From Planctomycetota bacterium (GTDB lineage: Bacteria; Planctomycetota; SZUA-567; H5-PLA8): 64,000 nt of DNA. Under the pieces are notes generated by a model. That model was not told the origin of the DNA and searched no databases. It saw only the letters and a list, made by a program, of their open reading frames with translations. Below are positions 32,526 through 41,888 of this stretch, one piece after another. Every line of letters begins with the position of its first letter. Position 1 is the stretch's first letter. Location: positions 256,001 to 320,000 of the forward strand of contig JBBRPR010000001.1 of NCBI GenBank assembly GCA_038227875.1, given 5' to 3'. A program made the translations under genes and the position numbers.

Positions 32526-33182
32526 GTGGCGGCCCTTGAGCTCGATCTCGACCCTGAGATCGAAACAGGGCAACAGGTTGGATTGAACATGAGACGCGGC
32601 GTCTTCTTTCTCGTGGCAGGTCCGGCCGGTGTGGGCAAGACCACGCTGCTTAAACGGCTGCTGGCGGAAGAGAAGGGCGTGATCAAGGCGGTCTCCGTGA
32701 CGACGCGGAAGCCGCGGCCGGGCGAAGTGGAGGGCGTGGCGTACTACTTCTGGGACACGGAGCGCTTCACCAACGCGGTGGAGCGCAATGAGTTTCTGGA
32801 ACACGCGGTAGTGCACGAACATCATTACGGCACGCCGAAGGGATTCATCGAGGAACGGCTGGCGCGCGGCGTGGATGTGATCAAGGACATCGACGTCCAG
32901 GGCTTCGCGCAGATCCGGCAGATGGAGCAGTACCGCTATCCGCGATCCGTGGGCATCTTTGTGATGCCGCCTTCGCCGGAAGCGTTGATCGAACGGCTCA
33001 AGGGCCGCGGCAGCGAGGAAGCGAATTCACTGGAAGTCCGCATCCGCAACGCCGAAGCAGAAATGGCGCGCGTCCGGGAGTACGATTATCAGGTCGTCAA
33101 CGATGATCTGGACCGCGGGTTGTTCGAATTGAAGGCCATCCGGCTGGCCGAACATTGCCGGATCAGAAATTCGCAGTCGTAA
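32526..33182 (+). CDS. gmk: Guanylate kinase (alternative start 32589)
   Basis: GPAGVGKTT, SVTTRKPRPGEVEGVAYYF, YGTP, DIDVQG. Confidence 0.96.
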   Translation: MAALELDLDPEIETGQQVGLNMRRGVFFLVAGPAGVGKTTLLKRLLAEEKGVIKAVSVTTRKPRPGEVEGVAYYFWDTERFTNAVERNEFLEHAVVHEHHYGTPKGFIEERLARGVDVIKDIDVQGFAQIRQMEQYRYPRSVGIFVMPPSPEALIERLKGRGSEEANSLEVRIRNAEAEMARVREYDYQVVNDDLDRGLFELKAIRLAEHCRIRNSQS

Positions 33183-33231
33183 GAGCTTTAAAAAGTGGAG
33201 TGGTGTTGCGGTGCCCATTTTTGGAGGAAGC

Positions 33232-33579
33232 ATGGAACCGAAGGAACTGGAATCACTGTTGACCAAGGTCGGCGGCAAATACAAGCTGGTGACGCTGTAC
33301 CAGAAGCGCATGCGTGAACTGCAGCGCGGCCTGCCGCGCCTGGTCACAAGCGAAACGGGCAGCCCCTGGGACGTGGTCTCCAAAGAGATCATGACCGGCA
33401 AAGTCGACTTGATCATGGGCGAAGAAGCCGATTCGATGCGCAAGGAAATCGCGTTGCGCGAAGCGGAAGACAACGCCGATGCCGAACGCAAGGCCAAGCG
33501 CCTGGACGGTGGCAAGCCCAACGTCGCCATCGCGCCTCCGCCGCCGGCGACCAGCCCGGAACCGGAAGTGAAGCAGTAA
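33232..33579 (+). CDS. rpoZ: RNA polymerase omega subunit
   Basis: KVGGKYKLVTLYQKRMREL; gmk-rpoZ-coa synteny. Confidence 0.88.
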   Translation: MEPKELESLLTKVGGKYKLVTLYQKRMRELQRGLPRLVTSETGSPWDVVSKEIMTGKVDLIMGEEADSMRKEIALREAEDNADAERKAKRLDGGKPNVAIAPPPPATSPEPEVKQ

Positions 33580-33586
33580 GGAAATT

Positions 33587-33634
33587 TCGAATGCCGGATG
33601 TCGCGTGAGAAACCACGCGGCATTCGGCATCCGA
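33587..33634 (+). repeat. 21-bp stem-loop built from heptamer units between rpoZ and coaC
   Basis: TCGAATGCCGGATGTCGCGTG-N6-CACGCGGCATTCGGCATCCGA; one mismatch and two G-U pairs. Confidence 0.7.
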
Positions 33635-33647
33635 CTCGGAGTTTCTC

Positions 33648-34214
33648 ATGGCTGCGCGACTTGCCGGAAAACAGATCATCCTCGGCGTCTGCGGCGGCAT
33701 CGCGGCGTACAAGGCCTGCGACCTGGCCTCGAAGTTGGTGAAGGAAGGCGCGCGGGTCACCACGGTCCTCACCCGCAACGCCCGGAAATTCGTCACGCCT
33801 TTCGCCTTCGAGGCGCTGACCGGCCAGCCCTGCCTCACCAAAAGTTTCAAACGCATCACGTCTGGCGAAAATCCATACCCGCATATTGAGCCCGCGAAGA
33901 CCGCCGACCTGGTGATCATCGCCCCGGCCACCGCCGACCTGATGGCCAAGCTCGCGCACGGTCTGGCCGACGAACTGCTGCCCACGCTCATGCTTTCCAT
34001 CCGCTGTCCCGTGCTGATTTGCCCGGCAATGAATGTCCAAATGTGGGATCACCCCGCCACGCAAGCCAACGTCGAGAAGTTGCGCCAATACGGCTACACG
34101 CTGATCGGCCCCGACGCCGGGAACCTCGCGTGTGGCATGGAAGGCGCAGGCCGCCTCACCGAGCCGCCGCAGATCGTCGACGCTGCGTGCAAGGCGCTGA
34201 AGGCGAAGGGCTGA
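33648..34214 (+). CDS. coaC: Phosphopantothenoylcysteine decarboxylase (stand-alone)
   Basis: GGIAAYK, PHIE, APATAD, PAMNVQMW, LACGMEGAGRL. Confidence 0.93.
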   Translation: MAARLAGKQIILGVCGGIAAYKACDLASKLVKEGARVTTVLTRNARKFVTPFAFEALTGQPCLTKSFKRITSGENPYPHIEPAKTADLVIIAPATADLMAKLAHGLADELLPTLMLSIRCPVLICPAMNVQMWDHPATQANVEKLRQYGYTLIGPDAGNLACGMEGAGRLTEPPQIVDAACKALKAKG

Positions 34215-34266
34215 GGAGCATCCGCAACACAATCCCGAGTGCCAAGAGTTACGAGCCCAGATCCGC

Positions 34267-34974
34267 ATGAATATCCTCATTACCGCTGGTCCCACCATCG
34301 AAGACATCGACCCTGTGCGCTTCATCTCCAACCGCGCGTCGGGGAAACTCGGCGTTGAACTTGCGGCTGCGGCGTTGAAGGCCGGACATCGCGCCACGCT
34401 GGTTCACGGTCCGGTCGGTGACACCGTGAATGCCGCGATCGCGAAACTGGCTCGAAACAAGCGCGCCACGATTGTTCCCGTGCGCAGCGCGGCGGAGATG
34501 CATCGCGCGGTGATGGCGCACCTGCGTGGCGCGGACGGGGTGATCATGAGCGCCGCGGTGGCGGATTTCACACCGGCCAGTTTCTCCGTCTCGAAGCTGA
34601 AGAAAGCCAAGCAAGGACTCATCCTGACGTTGAAGCCGACCGTCGACATTTTGCGCGACGTCGGGCGCCGCAAGGGTAAGCGCTCAACGCCAGTTCTGAT
34701 CGGCTTCGCTCTCGAAACCGGTACCGGCCGCACGAGCCAACAGCGCCGTGCCTCGCAGACCTCCGAAGCGCTCCGCAAACTCCGCGATAAGAATTGCGAT
34801 GCGATTGTGCTGGATTCGCCAAAAGCGATGGGCGCGAGTGACGGTGATTTTCGCATTTTGTTTCGAGATGGTTCGGAGCTGGACTGCACGGGGATGTCGA
34901 AGATGGCACTAGCAGGAGAATTGGTGAAGTTAGTCGCGGCTATGCATCAAAAAATTCGGCAATCGGCACACTGA
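34267..34974 (+). CDS. coaB: Phosphopantothenate-cysteine ligase (stand-alone)
   Basis: ITAGPTIEDIDPVRFISNRASGKLG, AAVADF, GFALET. Confidence 0.93.
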   Translation: MNILITAGPTIEDIDPVRFISNRASGKLGVELAAAALKAGHRATLVHGPVGDTVNAAIAKLARNKRATIVPVRSAAEMHRAVMAHLRGADGVIMSAAVADFTPASFSVSKLKKAKQGLILTLKPTVDILRDVGRRKGKRSTPVLIGFALETGTGRTSQQRRASQTSEALRKLRDKNCDAIVLDSPKAMGASDGDFRILFRDGSELDCTGMSKMALAGELVKLVAAMHQKIRQSAH

Positions 34975-35497
34975 ATCCGGGCAGAATGGTTCCACCATCG
35001 AGCAGTTCGCCATCGTGAACGATCTTCGGCTCACCACCGAGCGGAAATAGCTTTACGGTGCGGGTATGTGGATCGGCGACCCAGACCATGTCCACGCCGA
35101 TGGCGTGGTAGTCTTCGACTTTTTCTTCGAGATCTTTCCAGGAACGATCTATGCCGACGACCTCGACAATCAACTCAGGCGCAACGCCCAAAAATCCCTG
35201 GGGTGTCTTGTTTCGCGGAATACGTTGATACGAAATGAAGAGAACGTCCGCGCCACGAACGCGAGGGAGATTTTCGCGGATTTTTACGCCAGTCTCGTTG
35301 GTCAAGACCCAACCCAATTTCTTCCTTTTCACGAAGTTTGCGATCTGGAGAACAAAATTGACAGAGCAATAACCGTGGTCAAATCCACCTGGCGCCAAAG
35401 GCACGACCTCCCCATCAATAAGTTCGCACGACCCCAGCGTCGGAGCCAGCTTCTCAAATTCCTCGCATGTAATCAGTACCTTCGGCGTCGTATTCAT
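34940..35497 (-). CDS. Uma2-family putative endonuclease
   Basis: ELIDGEVV..P...H, RGADVLFIS, APELIVEVV, KVEDY..GVDMVWVADP, LPGFS. Confidence 0.92.
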   Translation of the reverse strand: MNTTPKVLITCEEFEKLAPTLGSCELIDGEVVPLAPGGFDHGYCSVNFVLQIANFVKRKKLGWVLTNETGVKIRENLPRVRGADVLFISYQRIPRNKTPQGFLGVAPELIVEVVGIDRSWKDLEEKVEDYHAIGVDMVWVADPHTRTVKLFPLGGEPKIVHDGELLDGGTILPGFSVPIAEFFDA

Positions 35498-35540
35498 ACT
35501 CTGAGTATATTCCATTCGATTCCTGGTTCACTAGAAAACT

Positions 35541-36584
35541 TCAGCGCAGTCCTTCCTTCAACGCCCATTCTGCGCGCGCGCGGATCTCCGGGTCGACGTC
35601 CGTCAAACATGTCTCCAGCGCGGCTCGGCACTCGGGAGATTTCAGATTTCCGGCGACGGTGATTGCGCCGAGGCGCATGCCTTTCACTCCCGAGCGCCGC
35701 AGGGCGCTGGACGGAAATGCGCGGTCGAAGGTTGCGGCGTCGATCACGATGCACTCGGCCAGCGTCAGTTTCTCCCACGGCAGCGGCGCGGCGAATTCGG
35801 GGTCGGGTTTGCCGACGCGGCGCGGCGCGTTGTAAGGGCAGACGGTCTGGCAGATGTCGCAGCCGGCGACCCACTCGCGCTGCTCGGCCCATGTCTCGGG
35901 AGCGGACTGGCCGCGCTGCTCGATGTTCCACGTCACGATGCAACGGTTGGCGTCGAGGACTCCGGGCGCGACGAGTGCCTGAGTCGGGCAGGCATCGAGA
36001 CAGCGGGTGCATGTGCCGCAGTGCGGCAGGGACGGCGCGTCCGGTTGCGGCGTTGAATCCATGATGATTTCAGAGATGAAAAAGTACGAACCCAGGCGCG
36101 GGTGGATCAGGCAGGAATTTTTTCCGATCCATCCCAGGCCCGCGGCTTCCGCCCAGGCACGTTCGAGCACCGGGCCGGTATCCGTGTACGTATGGGTGCA
36201 GGAACAGACGCCCGCTTTGCGCAGCGCCAGAGCCAGTTTCTTGACGCGCTTGTCGAAGACATTGTGGTAATCGCGTCCGCGCGCGTAACGTGCGACATGA
36301 GCGACAAGATCGCGTCCGGGTTCGCCGCGCGGCGCGCCATCATAAAAGGCGCCGAGTAACAGCATCGAGCGCGCCCACGGAATCCGTTCGCGCAACTGCA
36401 CGCGCACCGGCTGGCTTTGCAGCATGTACTCCAGCGGACCGTGATAGCCCTTCGCCAGCCAGCGCTCATACGCTTCCGCGCGCGGCGCTCGGCCGTCCTC
36501 GGGAATCAAGGCGATGCCGCTGAGCGCAAACCCGTGCTCCGCGGCCAGCGCTGTAGCCCGATCGTGTTGTTCCTGTGGGGACAT
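35541..36584 (-). CDS. queG: Epoxyqueuosine reductase
   Basis: ARYARGRDYH, DTGPVLER, GWIGKN, CGTCTRCLDACPT, GCDICQTVCPYN. Confidence 0.96.
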   Translation of the reverse strand: MSPQEQHDRATALAAEHGFALSGIALIPEDGRAPRAEAYERWLAKGYHGPLEYMLQSQPVRVQLRERIPWARSMLLLGAFYDGAPRGEPGRDLVAHVARYARGRDYHNVFDKRVKKLALALRKAGVCSCTHTYTDTGPVLERAWAEAAGLGWIGKNSCLIHPRLGSYFFISEIIMDSTPQPDAPSLPHCGTCTRCLDACPTQALVAPGVLDANRCIVTWNIEQRGQSAPETWAEQREWVAGCDICQTVCPYNAPRRVGKPDPEFAAPLPWEKLTLAECIVIDAATFDRAFPSSALRRSGVKGMRLGAITVAGNLKSPECRAALETCLTDVDPEIRARAEWALKEGLR

Positions 36585-36593
36585 GGACTCTGC

Positions 36594-39500
36594 CTAAGAC
36601 GGGGCGGTTACCAACTGATGTAGCACGTCGAAGTCGAGCTGTTCGGCCGTGCGCGCGAGGAATTTGGCGACAACGGGATGCGCAAGCTGAATGGAAGCGA
36701 CAATCTCCAGCAGCGCCTGCGCGTCCAGCGTGCGGGTGGCGTAAGCAATGCGCTCGCGGGTCGGTGCATCCAGATCACGGAACTTCGCGGCGACTTCGTC
36801 GATGGTGACGGCGCGCGGTGCGAGTGCAGGTTTCTCGCGTCGTTCGTATTGCACGTTCAGGTACTTCTCCAGGCAACTGAAGATGGCATCCTCGCGGTAG
36901 GGCTTGGGAAGGCAGTCGACGCAGCCGCAGGCGATGATGCGATCGCGGTCTTCTTCGAAAACGCTGGCGGTCAGCGCGACGATTTTCGTTTCCTGCTTCA
37001 CGTCCTTCTGCCGGATCGTTCGGGTTGCCTGGTAGCCGTCGACCAGCGGCATATTCATGTCCATCCAGATGAGTTGAGGCCGCCAGGATTCCCACGACGC
37101 GACGGCTTCTTCGCCGTTGGCGGCCTGGCGCGTTTCGAAGCCGGCCGAATTCAGCAGATCGGAGAGCAGGCTGCGGCTGTCGGCGTGGTCGTCGACGACG
37201 AGGATGCGCGGCGGCTTGCCGTCGTTGGCGCCAGAATCGAGGCGAAGGCGCACAATTTCGCCCGAGCTGGGCAGCACCGTCGGATGGTCCACTATTTTTG
37301 CGGTGATGGTGAACGTAAATGTGCTGCCAGTTCCTTCGCCGCTGCGCACATTAACCGTTCCGCCCATCAGTTCGACAAAGCCGCGGCTGATGGCTAGGCC
37401 CAGCCCGGCGCCGCCGCTGACGCGCCGGCCGCTTTCCGTCTGCGCAAACGGTTCGAAGAGCGCGGCCTGTTCGGCAGCGGAGATGCCGACTCCGGTGTCG
37501 GTGACTTCGAATTCCAACCGCGCCTGGGCGCCTCCGGAATCCGTGCGCGATTGCTGGCGCGCACGCAGCATAATCGTGCCTGTTGTGGTGAATCGCACGG
37601 CGTTGGAGAGCAGGTTGAAGAGCACCTGCCGGAGTTTGCGCTGATCGGTCCGGATGAACTGCGGCAGGTTGCTGCCGATTTCCAGCACGAAGCGCAAGCC
37701 CTTTTCCTGGACGCGCAGGCCGAACATGCTCTCCAGGGAACGGAGCAATTCGAAGAGATCGAAGTCCACGGAGTCGAGCGTGGTGCGGCCGGCTTCGATC
37801 TTTGACATCGCCAGGATGTCGCTGATCAGGTCGAGCAGGTGTTCGCCGCTCTTGGAGATGGCGGAGATGGCCTGGTGATTCTTCTGGGTCAGATTCTCGT
37901 CGCGCTTGAGCAGGTGCGAGTAGCCGAGGATGGCGTTGAGCGGCGTGCGGATTTCGTGGGACATGCTGGCGAGGAAGGTGCTCTTGGCGGCGTTGGCCGC
38001 TTCGGCAGCCTCCTTTGCGTCGCGCAAGGCTTCCTCGATGCGCATGCGTTCGGCGATCTCGCGGCGCAGCGCTTCGGTGCGTTGCCGGACGAGCTCCTCG
38101 AGATTGTTGCGGTGCTGTTCGAGCTCGGCTTCGACCCGCTTGCGTTCGGTGATGTCGATGCCGACGCCGACGAGAAATGGTTTACCATCGAGCATGACTT
38201 TGGCGCCGGTGAGGAGGAACGGGATTTTACTGCCGTCCTTTCGCATTCCGAAGGCTTCGACCGCATCGGGGCCTTTTTCGAACACCAGCCGGGTTTTCTC
38301 GGCGACCCGCTCGCGGTCTTCGGGCGCAACCAGGTCCAGTGCATGGAGCGCCGCGTATTCGGAATCCGCATAGCCGAAGACGTGACGGTGATTCTCGTTG
38401 ACGCGCACAAATTTGCCATTCTGGTCGAGCAGGTAGAGGACGCCCGGCAGACTGTTGATCAGCGCGTTGGAGAAGTCGCGCTCCTGCTGGAGCAGGTCCT
38501 CGTTCATTTTGCGGATGGTGATGTCTTCGCAGACGCCGAGCACGCCGTAGATTTGTCCCGCGGCGTCGCGCAGCGGGGCCTTGGAGGTGCTGACCCAATG
38601 GCGCGAGCCATCGGACATTTCCACGTGTTCGATGATGCCGACTTGCGGCTTGCCCGCCGCGATGACGCGCTGGTCGTCGTTGCGGTACTTTTCAGCGTCT
38701 TCACGGGGCCAGCGGAGATCGAAGTCCGTTTTGCCGATGACGTCGGCGCTGCTCTTCACCTGCGCAAGATTGATGAAGACCGAGTTGCAGCCCAGGTAGA
38801 CGCCCTGCGTATCCTTCCACCAGATCTGGAGCGGTGCCGAATTGAGCACCTGCTCCAACATGGTCTGGCTAATCTTCAGCTCGCGCTCGGTGCGGGACCG
38901 TTCGGCGATTTCGGATTCCAGCCGCGTATTGACCGTGGTTTGTTCGGCGGAGCGCGCGCGAAGTTCCTCGACTTGCGCCTGAATCTGCTGCCCCATGCGC
39001 CCGAGGAGACTGGCGAAGGGCTTGAATTCGGCATAGGGGATTCGATCGGAAGCCGGCGCGTAGTCGCCGGCTGAGTAGGCGTTAACGACCTGCGAGAGTT
39101 CGTCGAGCGGAACTCGCAGGTAGGTACGGATCAAGAGGCGTGTGGTGATAAAGATGGTCAGAATGACGAACATGCAGACGAACGCGGACACGCCGGCCTG
39201 ATGCCAGGCGGGGTCGACGTAACTGGAGCGCGAGAATGAGACGGTGACTTCACCGAGCAACTTGTCCTTGTGGGTGACGGGCGCGGTGCGATGGATGGCA
39301 TCCGAAGTATCGCCGCGGGAGATGGCGATGAGCTGCTTGCCGGAGGATTCGCGCACGTTCAGTTCGATCACGCGGGGATCGTCGAGAAAGACGTTGCCGA
39401 TCAGCACCGCACGGTCGGTATCGAAATCCCAGAGAGGCCGATCGAGCAGTTGGGCCAGCGAGGCGACGGATTTGGTCGCATCGCGTTCCAGGGCCTCGCG

Positions 39501-39626
39501 GCCCTTGTCTGTCTGCACCAGCGCGAGAATCACGATGGTGATGGCGGAGACGATACCCACGGCCAGCGTCAAGGCGACGGTCAGCCGCTGGAGGATGGAA
39601 TATGATTTCCCGGAAACGGACGTCAT
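36594..39626 (-). CDS. Membrane hybrid sensor histidine kinase (2 TM-HAMP-PAS-PAS-HisKA-HATPase-REC)
   Basis: FLASMSHEIRTPLN, NLLSNA, DTGVGI, GAGLGLAI, REC DMNMP. Confidence 0.94.
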   Translation of the reverse strand: MTSVSGKSYSILQRLTVALTLAVGIVSAITIVILALVQTDKGREALERDATKSVASLAQLLDRPLWDFDTDRAVLIGNVFLDDPRVIELNVRESSGKQLIAISRGDTSDAIHRTAPVTHKDKLLGEVTVSFSRSSYVDPAWHQAGVSAFVCMFVILTIFITTRLLIRTYLRVPLDELSQVVNAYSAGDYAPASDRIPYAEFKPFASLLGRMGQQIQAQVEELRARSAEQTTVNTRLESEIAERSRTERELKISQTMLEQVLNSAPLQIWWKDTQGVYLGCNSVFINLAQVKSSADVIGKTDFDLRWPREDAEKYRNDDQRVIAAGKPQVGIIEHVEMSDGSRHWVSTSKAPLRDAAGQIYGVLGVCEDITIRKMNEDLLQQERDFSNALINSLPGVLYLLDQNGKFVRVNENHRHVFGYADSEYAALHALDLVAPEDRERVAEKTRLVFEKGPDAVEAFGMRKDGSKIPFLLTGAKVMLDGKPFLVGVGIDITERKRVEAELEQHRNNLEELVRQRTEALRREIAERMRIEEALRDAKEAAEAANAAKSTFLASMSHEIRTPLNAILGYSHLLKRDENLTQKNHQAISAISKSGEHLLDLISDILAMSKIEAGRTTLDSVDFDLFELLRSLESMFGLRVQEKGLRFVLEIGSNLPQFIRTDQRKLRQVLFNLLSNAVRFTTTGTIMLRARQQSRTDSGGAQARLEFEVTDTGVGISAAEQAALFEPFAQTESGRRVSGGAGLGLAISRGFVELMGGTVNVRSGEGTGSTFTFTITAKIVDHPTVLPSSGEIVRLRLDSGANDGKPPRILVVDDHADSRSLLSDLLNSAGFETRQAANGEEAVASWESWRPQLIWMDMNMPLVDGYQATRTIRQKDVKQETKIVALTASVFEEDRDRIIACGCVDCLPKPYREDAIFSCLEKYLNVQYERREKPALAPRAVTIDEVAAKFRDLDAPTRERIAYATRTLDAQALLEIVASIQLAHPVVAKFLARTAEQLDFDVLHQLVTAPS

Positions 39627-40456
39627 GGTTTGGCATCTTTCGCGGGTTCAATTGGTGCGGGAGGGGCGGGCTTTTTCTCGAGTTTGGCGATGTCCTGACG
39701 GGCCAGGTTCACCCACTTGGTCTCAATGGCCTTGAGGGTGCCGTCTTCGGAAATGAGTTTCATGCCGGCGTTGAATTTTTCCAGCGCCCACAGCCCCTGT
39801 TTGTGCTTGCGGCTGAAACCGATGAAGGAATCGAGCGTGCCGCTGCGGAGCGCAGGTACGAGTTTGCCGGTGGCGCCGATGGGGGCCAGGAGGAATTCCG
39901 CGGGCTTGGTTTCGTTGTAGTTGATCAGCGCCAGGTCGAGGCGGTTGTCGGCGAGTTTTTTCAGGTTCAGCTCTTCGGAGGTGGAGCTCTCGAAGACGAT
40001 CGTGCCCTGCTCTTTGAGCGCGTAAACGGAGGGCGGGTACTCGTAGCCTTCCACCGTGCCGACGCGCGTGCCGCGTGGCAGGTCGGGGGAACCTTTTGTC
40101 ACGACCGGCTTGTTGACGTTTTGAAAGTAATCGGAGTAGCAGACGAAGAGGGGCTTGTCGGCGAAGGCGACGGTGTCGGCGAGCTCCGGCACTTTGGACA
40201 TGCTGAAGCAGCCGGCGACTTCGCCTTCGACGACGAGGTGCTTGCACCGGGCGTAGGGCATGACCGTCAACTTGGCGTCGACACCGACGGCTTTAAAGGC
40301 CGCGACCACGACTTCGTTGGCGTAGCCGGAGCCGTCCTTTCGGGACCATGGGGCGGCATCGTCTTCGGCGGCGAGCTCCACGGTTTCCGCGGCGGAGGCG
40401 TACCGGGCTAGCGTGGCGGCGAGGATCAGGGATAGGAGCAGTAGGGGGCGATGCAT
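39623..40456 (-). CDS. Periplasmic substrate-binding protein (family 3-like)
   Basis: Signal peptide, APWS, MPYARC, GTVEGYEY, RLDLAL, FNAGMKLI..DGTL; overlaps the kinase start. Confidence 0.88.
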   Translation of the reverse strand: MHRPLLLLSLILAATLARYASAAETVELAAEDDAAPWSRKDGSGYANEVVVAAFKAVGVDAKLTVMPYARCKHLVVEGEVAGCFSMSKVPELADTVAFADKPLFVCYSDYFQNVNKPVVTKGSPDLPRGTRVGTVEGYEYPPSVYALKEQGTIVFESSTSEELNLKKLADNRLDLALINYNETKPAEFLLAPIGATGKLVPALRSGTLDSFIGFSRKHKQGLWALEKFNAGMKLISEDGTLKAIETKWVNLARQDIAKLEKKPAPPAPIEPAKDAKP

Positions 40457-40475
40457 AGTGTGTCTTCCCACGGTG

Positions 40476-40502
40476 ATGTGACAAAATGTTACATAATGTT
40501 AC
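40476..40502. promoter_or_regulatory. Three 10-bp-phased ATGT(G/T)AC direct repeats
   Basis: ATGTGACAAA ATGTTACATA ATGTTAC directly upstream of the binding-protein gene. Confidence 0.55.
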
Positions 40503-40725
40503 GCGAAATGGGGGCTGAATTCTCACTTTGGTTTGAATCTAATTCCGGAACGTGCCCTCACGGAGGAAGCCGGCGGGATGGAATTTTTCAGTGGGCTGCG
40601 GTGTGTGGGTGGAGTTGGGCATGGAGATGCCTCTGCAAAGGTGAATGGTGGCACATTACCGGAATCGCTGGCGGAATCAATATACCCGGGCGCGGTAGGG
40701 CTGGAGACGGTGGATCGGCATGATT

Positions 40726-40849
40726 ACGAGCATCGCATATTTCCTAATTGTATTAAGCAACTCTCGAACCCAAAAGTCAAGTGTTAATTTATAAATTAAG
40801 TAAAAAGATTTTATAATACATGATGTGCAGTAGCGCGCGAGGTGCGTGC
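40726..40849. repeat. AT-rich direct repeat, copy 1
   Basis: Homologous to 41038-41162; 36-bp identical core at 40801-40836. Confidence 0.9.
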
Positions 40850-41037
40850 TTGATGCGGGAGATTTCAGCGGCAGGTCGTGGACCTTTCTTTTGCGTTCTG
40901 TGGGGCTGTGGAAGGGTTGGGTGACCATTTGGGAGTCCGAGTCGGCTCGGGGCGGGGGAATCACCTACAGTGCGACTGGACGCGATTTTGAGGCATGCCT
41001 GGAAGCAACGGGCTCGGGATGTGGATTGATACCAAAA

Positions 41038-41162
41038 ACGAGCATGTCATATTTCCCTATAGTATATAAGCGGTGATTTAATGCAAAAGTCAAGTAATTT
41101 CGGTAAAATTAGTTAAAAAGATTTTATAATACATGATGTGCAGTAGCGCACGAGGTGTGCGC
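41038..41162. repeat. AT-rich direct repeat, copy 2
   Basis: Core TAAAAAGATTTTATAATACATGATGTGCAGTAGCGC at 41114-41149, offset 313 bp from copy 1. Confidence 0.9.
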
Positions 41163-41362
41163 GGAGCGCGCTGACGCGCGAAGGGTCAGGGGCCAGGGGG
41201 TGGTGAGACCGTGCCACCCGCCCATACTCTCTTCGGCGTGACGAGGATTGGAGTCAGGTAAACGGTCTTCGTATGAACCGATTTGACGCGCGGCCCATCA
41301 AGCCTGCGCAACGTACAGCGTTACCGGGCAGCGCGAGAAATGCGTTCGATAGTTCGGGCATA

Positions 41363-41437
41363 CAGCCCTTCAGGAGTTGTCGGGCGACTTTTCCCAGGGC
41401 GTTGCCCTGGGCTGGTATAGCGGCGGGCCATTGGCCC
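41363..41437. repeat. REP-like element, family B
   Basis: Hairpins CCCAGGGC-GTT-GCCCTGGG (41393-41411) and GGGCCA-T-TGGCCC (41425-41437); 13-bp fragment recurs at 18883-18895. Confidence 0.65.
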
Positions 41438-41483
41438 TTTTTGGTGTGGGTAGGCTCTTCATCGATGTGGCCAGTGGCTACTC

Positions 41484-41888
41484 CTACTTCGCTGGCGCGT
41501 CCGCGGCCGGAGCTTTCGGCGTCATTCGGACCATCACCGTCTTCAGCTTCAATGCACACTCTTCGGGATTGGGATTGTCCGCACGCACGGCAGCCAGCGC
41601 ATGATCGATGGCCTTGTCGACCGAGGTCCACGCCGTCTCCGACTTTGGCCGCATCGCCGCTTCCGCGTCGTCCCAGGCTTTCTCCAGATCCTTGATTCGG
41701 ATCTTGGCGGCGGCCATATCCTTTTTCTCGACGATGGCCAGCGTGTCCTCGGCGATCTTCTTGAATTCGCTTAAATCGCCGAGCGCCGTCACATCCGCGC
41801 TGCCGCCACCGGCGCTCACTTTTTTGGCTTTGCCGCAACCGGCCAACACACTCAGCATTACTACTGCAAACAGGGCAGGCTTGAACAT
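41484..41888 (-). CDS. Lipoprotein with small helical domain
   Basis: Lipobox LAGC; LGDLSEFKKIAEDT..RIKDLEKAWDDAE; GGAG RBS; abuts the secF-half stop. Confidence 0.82.
   Translation of the reverse strand: MFKPALFAVVMLSVLAGCGKAKKVSAGGGSADVTALGDLSEFKKIAEDTLAIVEKKDMAAAKIRIKDLEKAWDDAEAAMRPKSETAWTSVDKAIDHALAAVRADNPNPEECALKLKTVMVRMTPKAPAADAPAK

Noticed and set aside
34940..35497. Uma2 gene as part of a defence island
   Set aside because: Solitary gene from a commonly expanded family; no methylase or partner genes nearby.
40801..40836. dif/XerCD site (minus strand ACTGCACATCA-TGTATT resembles the XerC arm and spacer)
   Set aside because: The XerD arm TTATGTTAAAT is not matched; the resemblance is partial.
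40801..41149. 36-bp identical repeats as a CRISPR array
   Set aside because: Only two copies, 277-bp spacer, homology extends beyond the core, and no cas genes.
41254..41480. ORFs 41254-41901 (-) and 41273-41695 (+), or a transposase remnant
   Set aside because: They overlap the lipoprotein gene and REP hairpins; no HUH or DDE motifs recognised.
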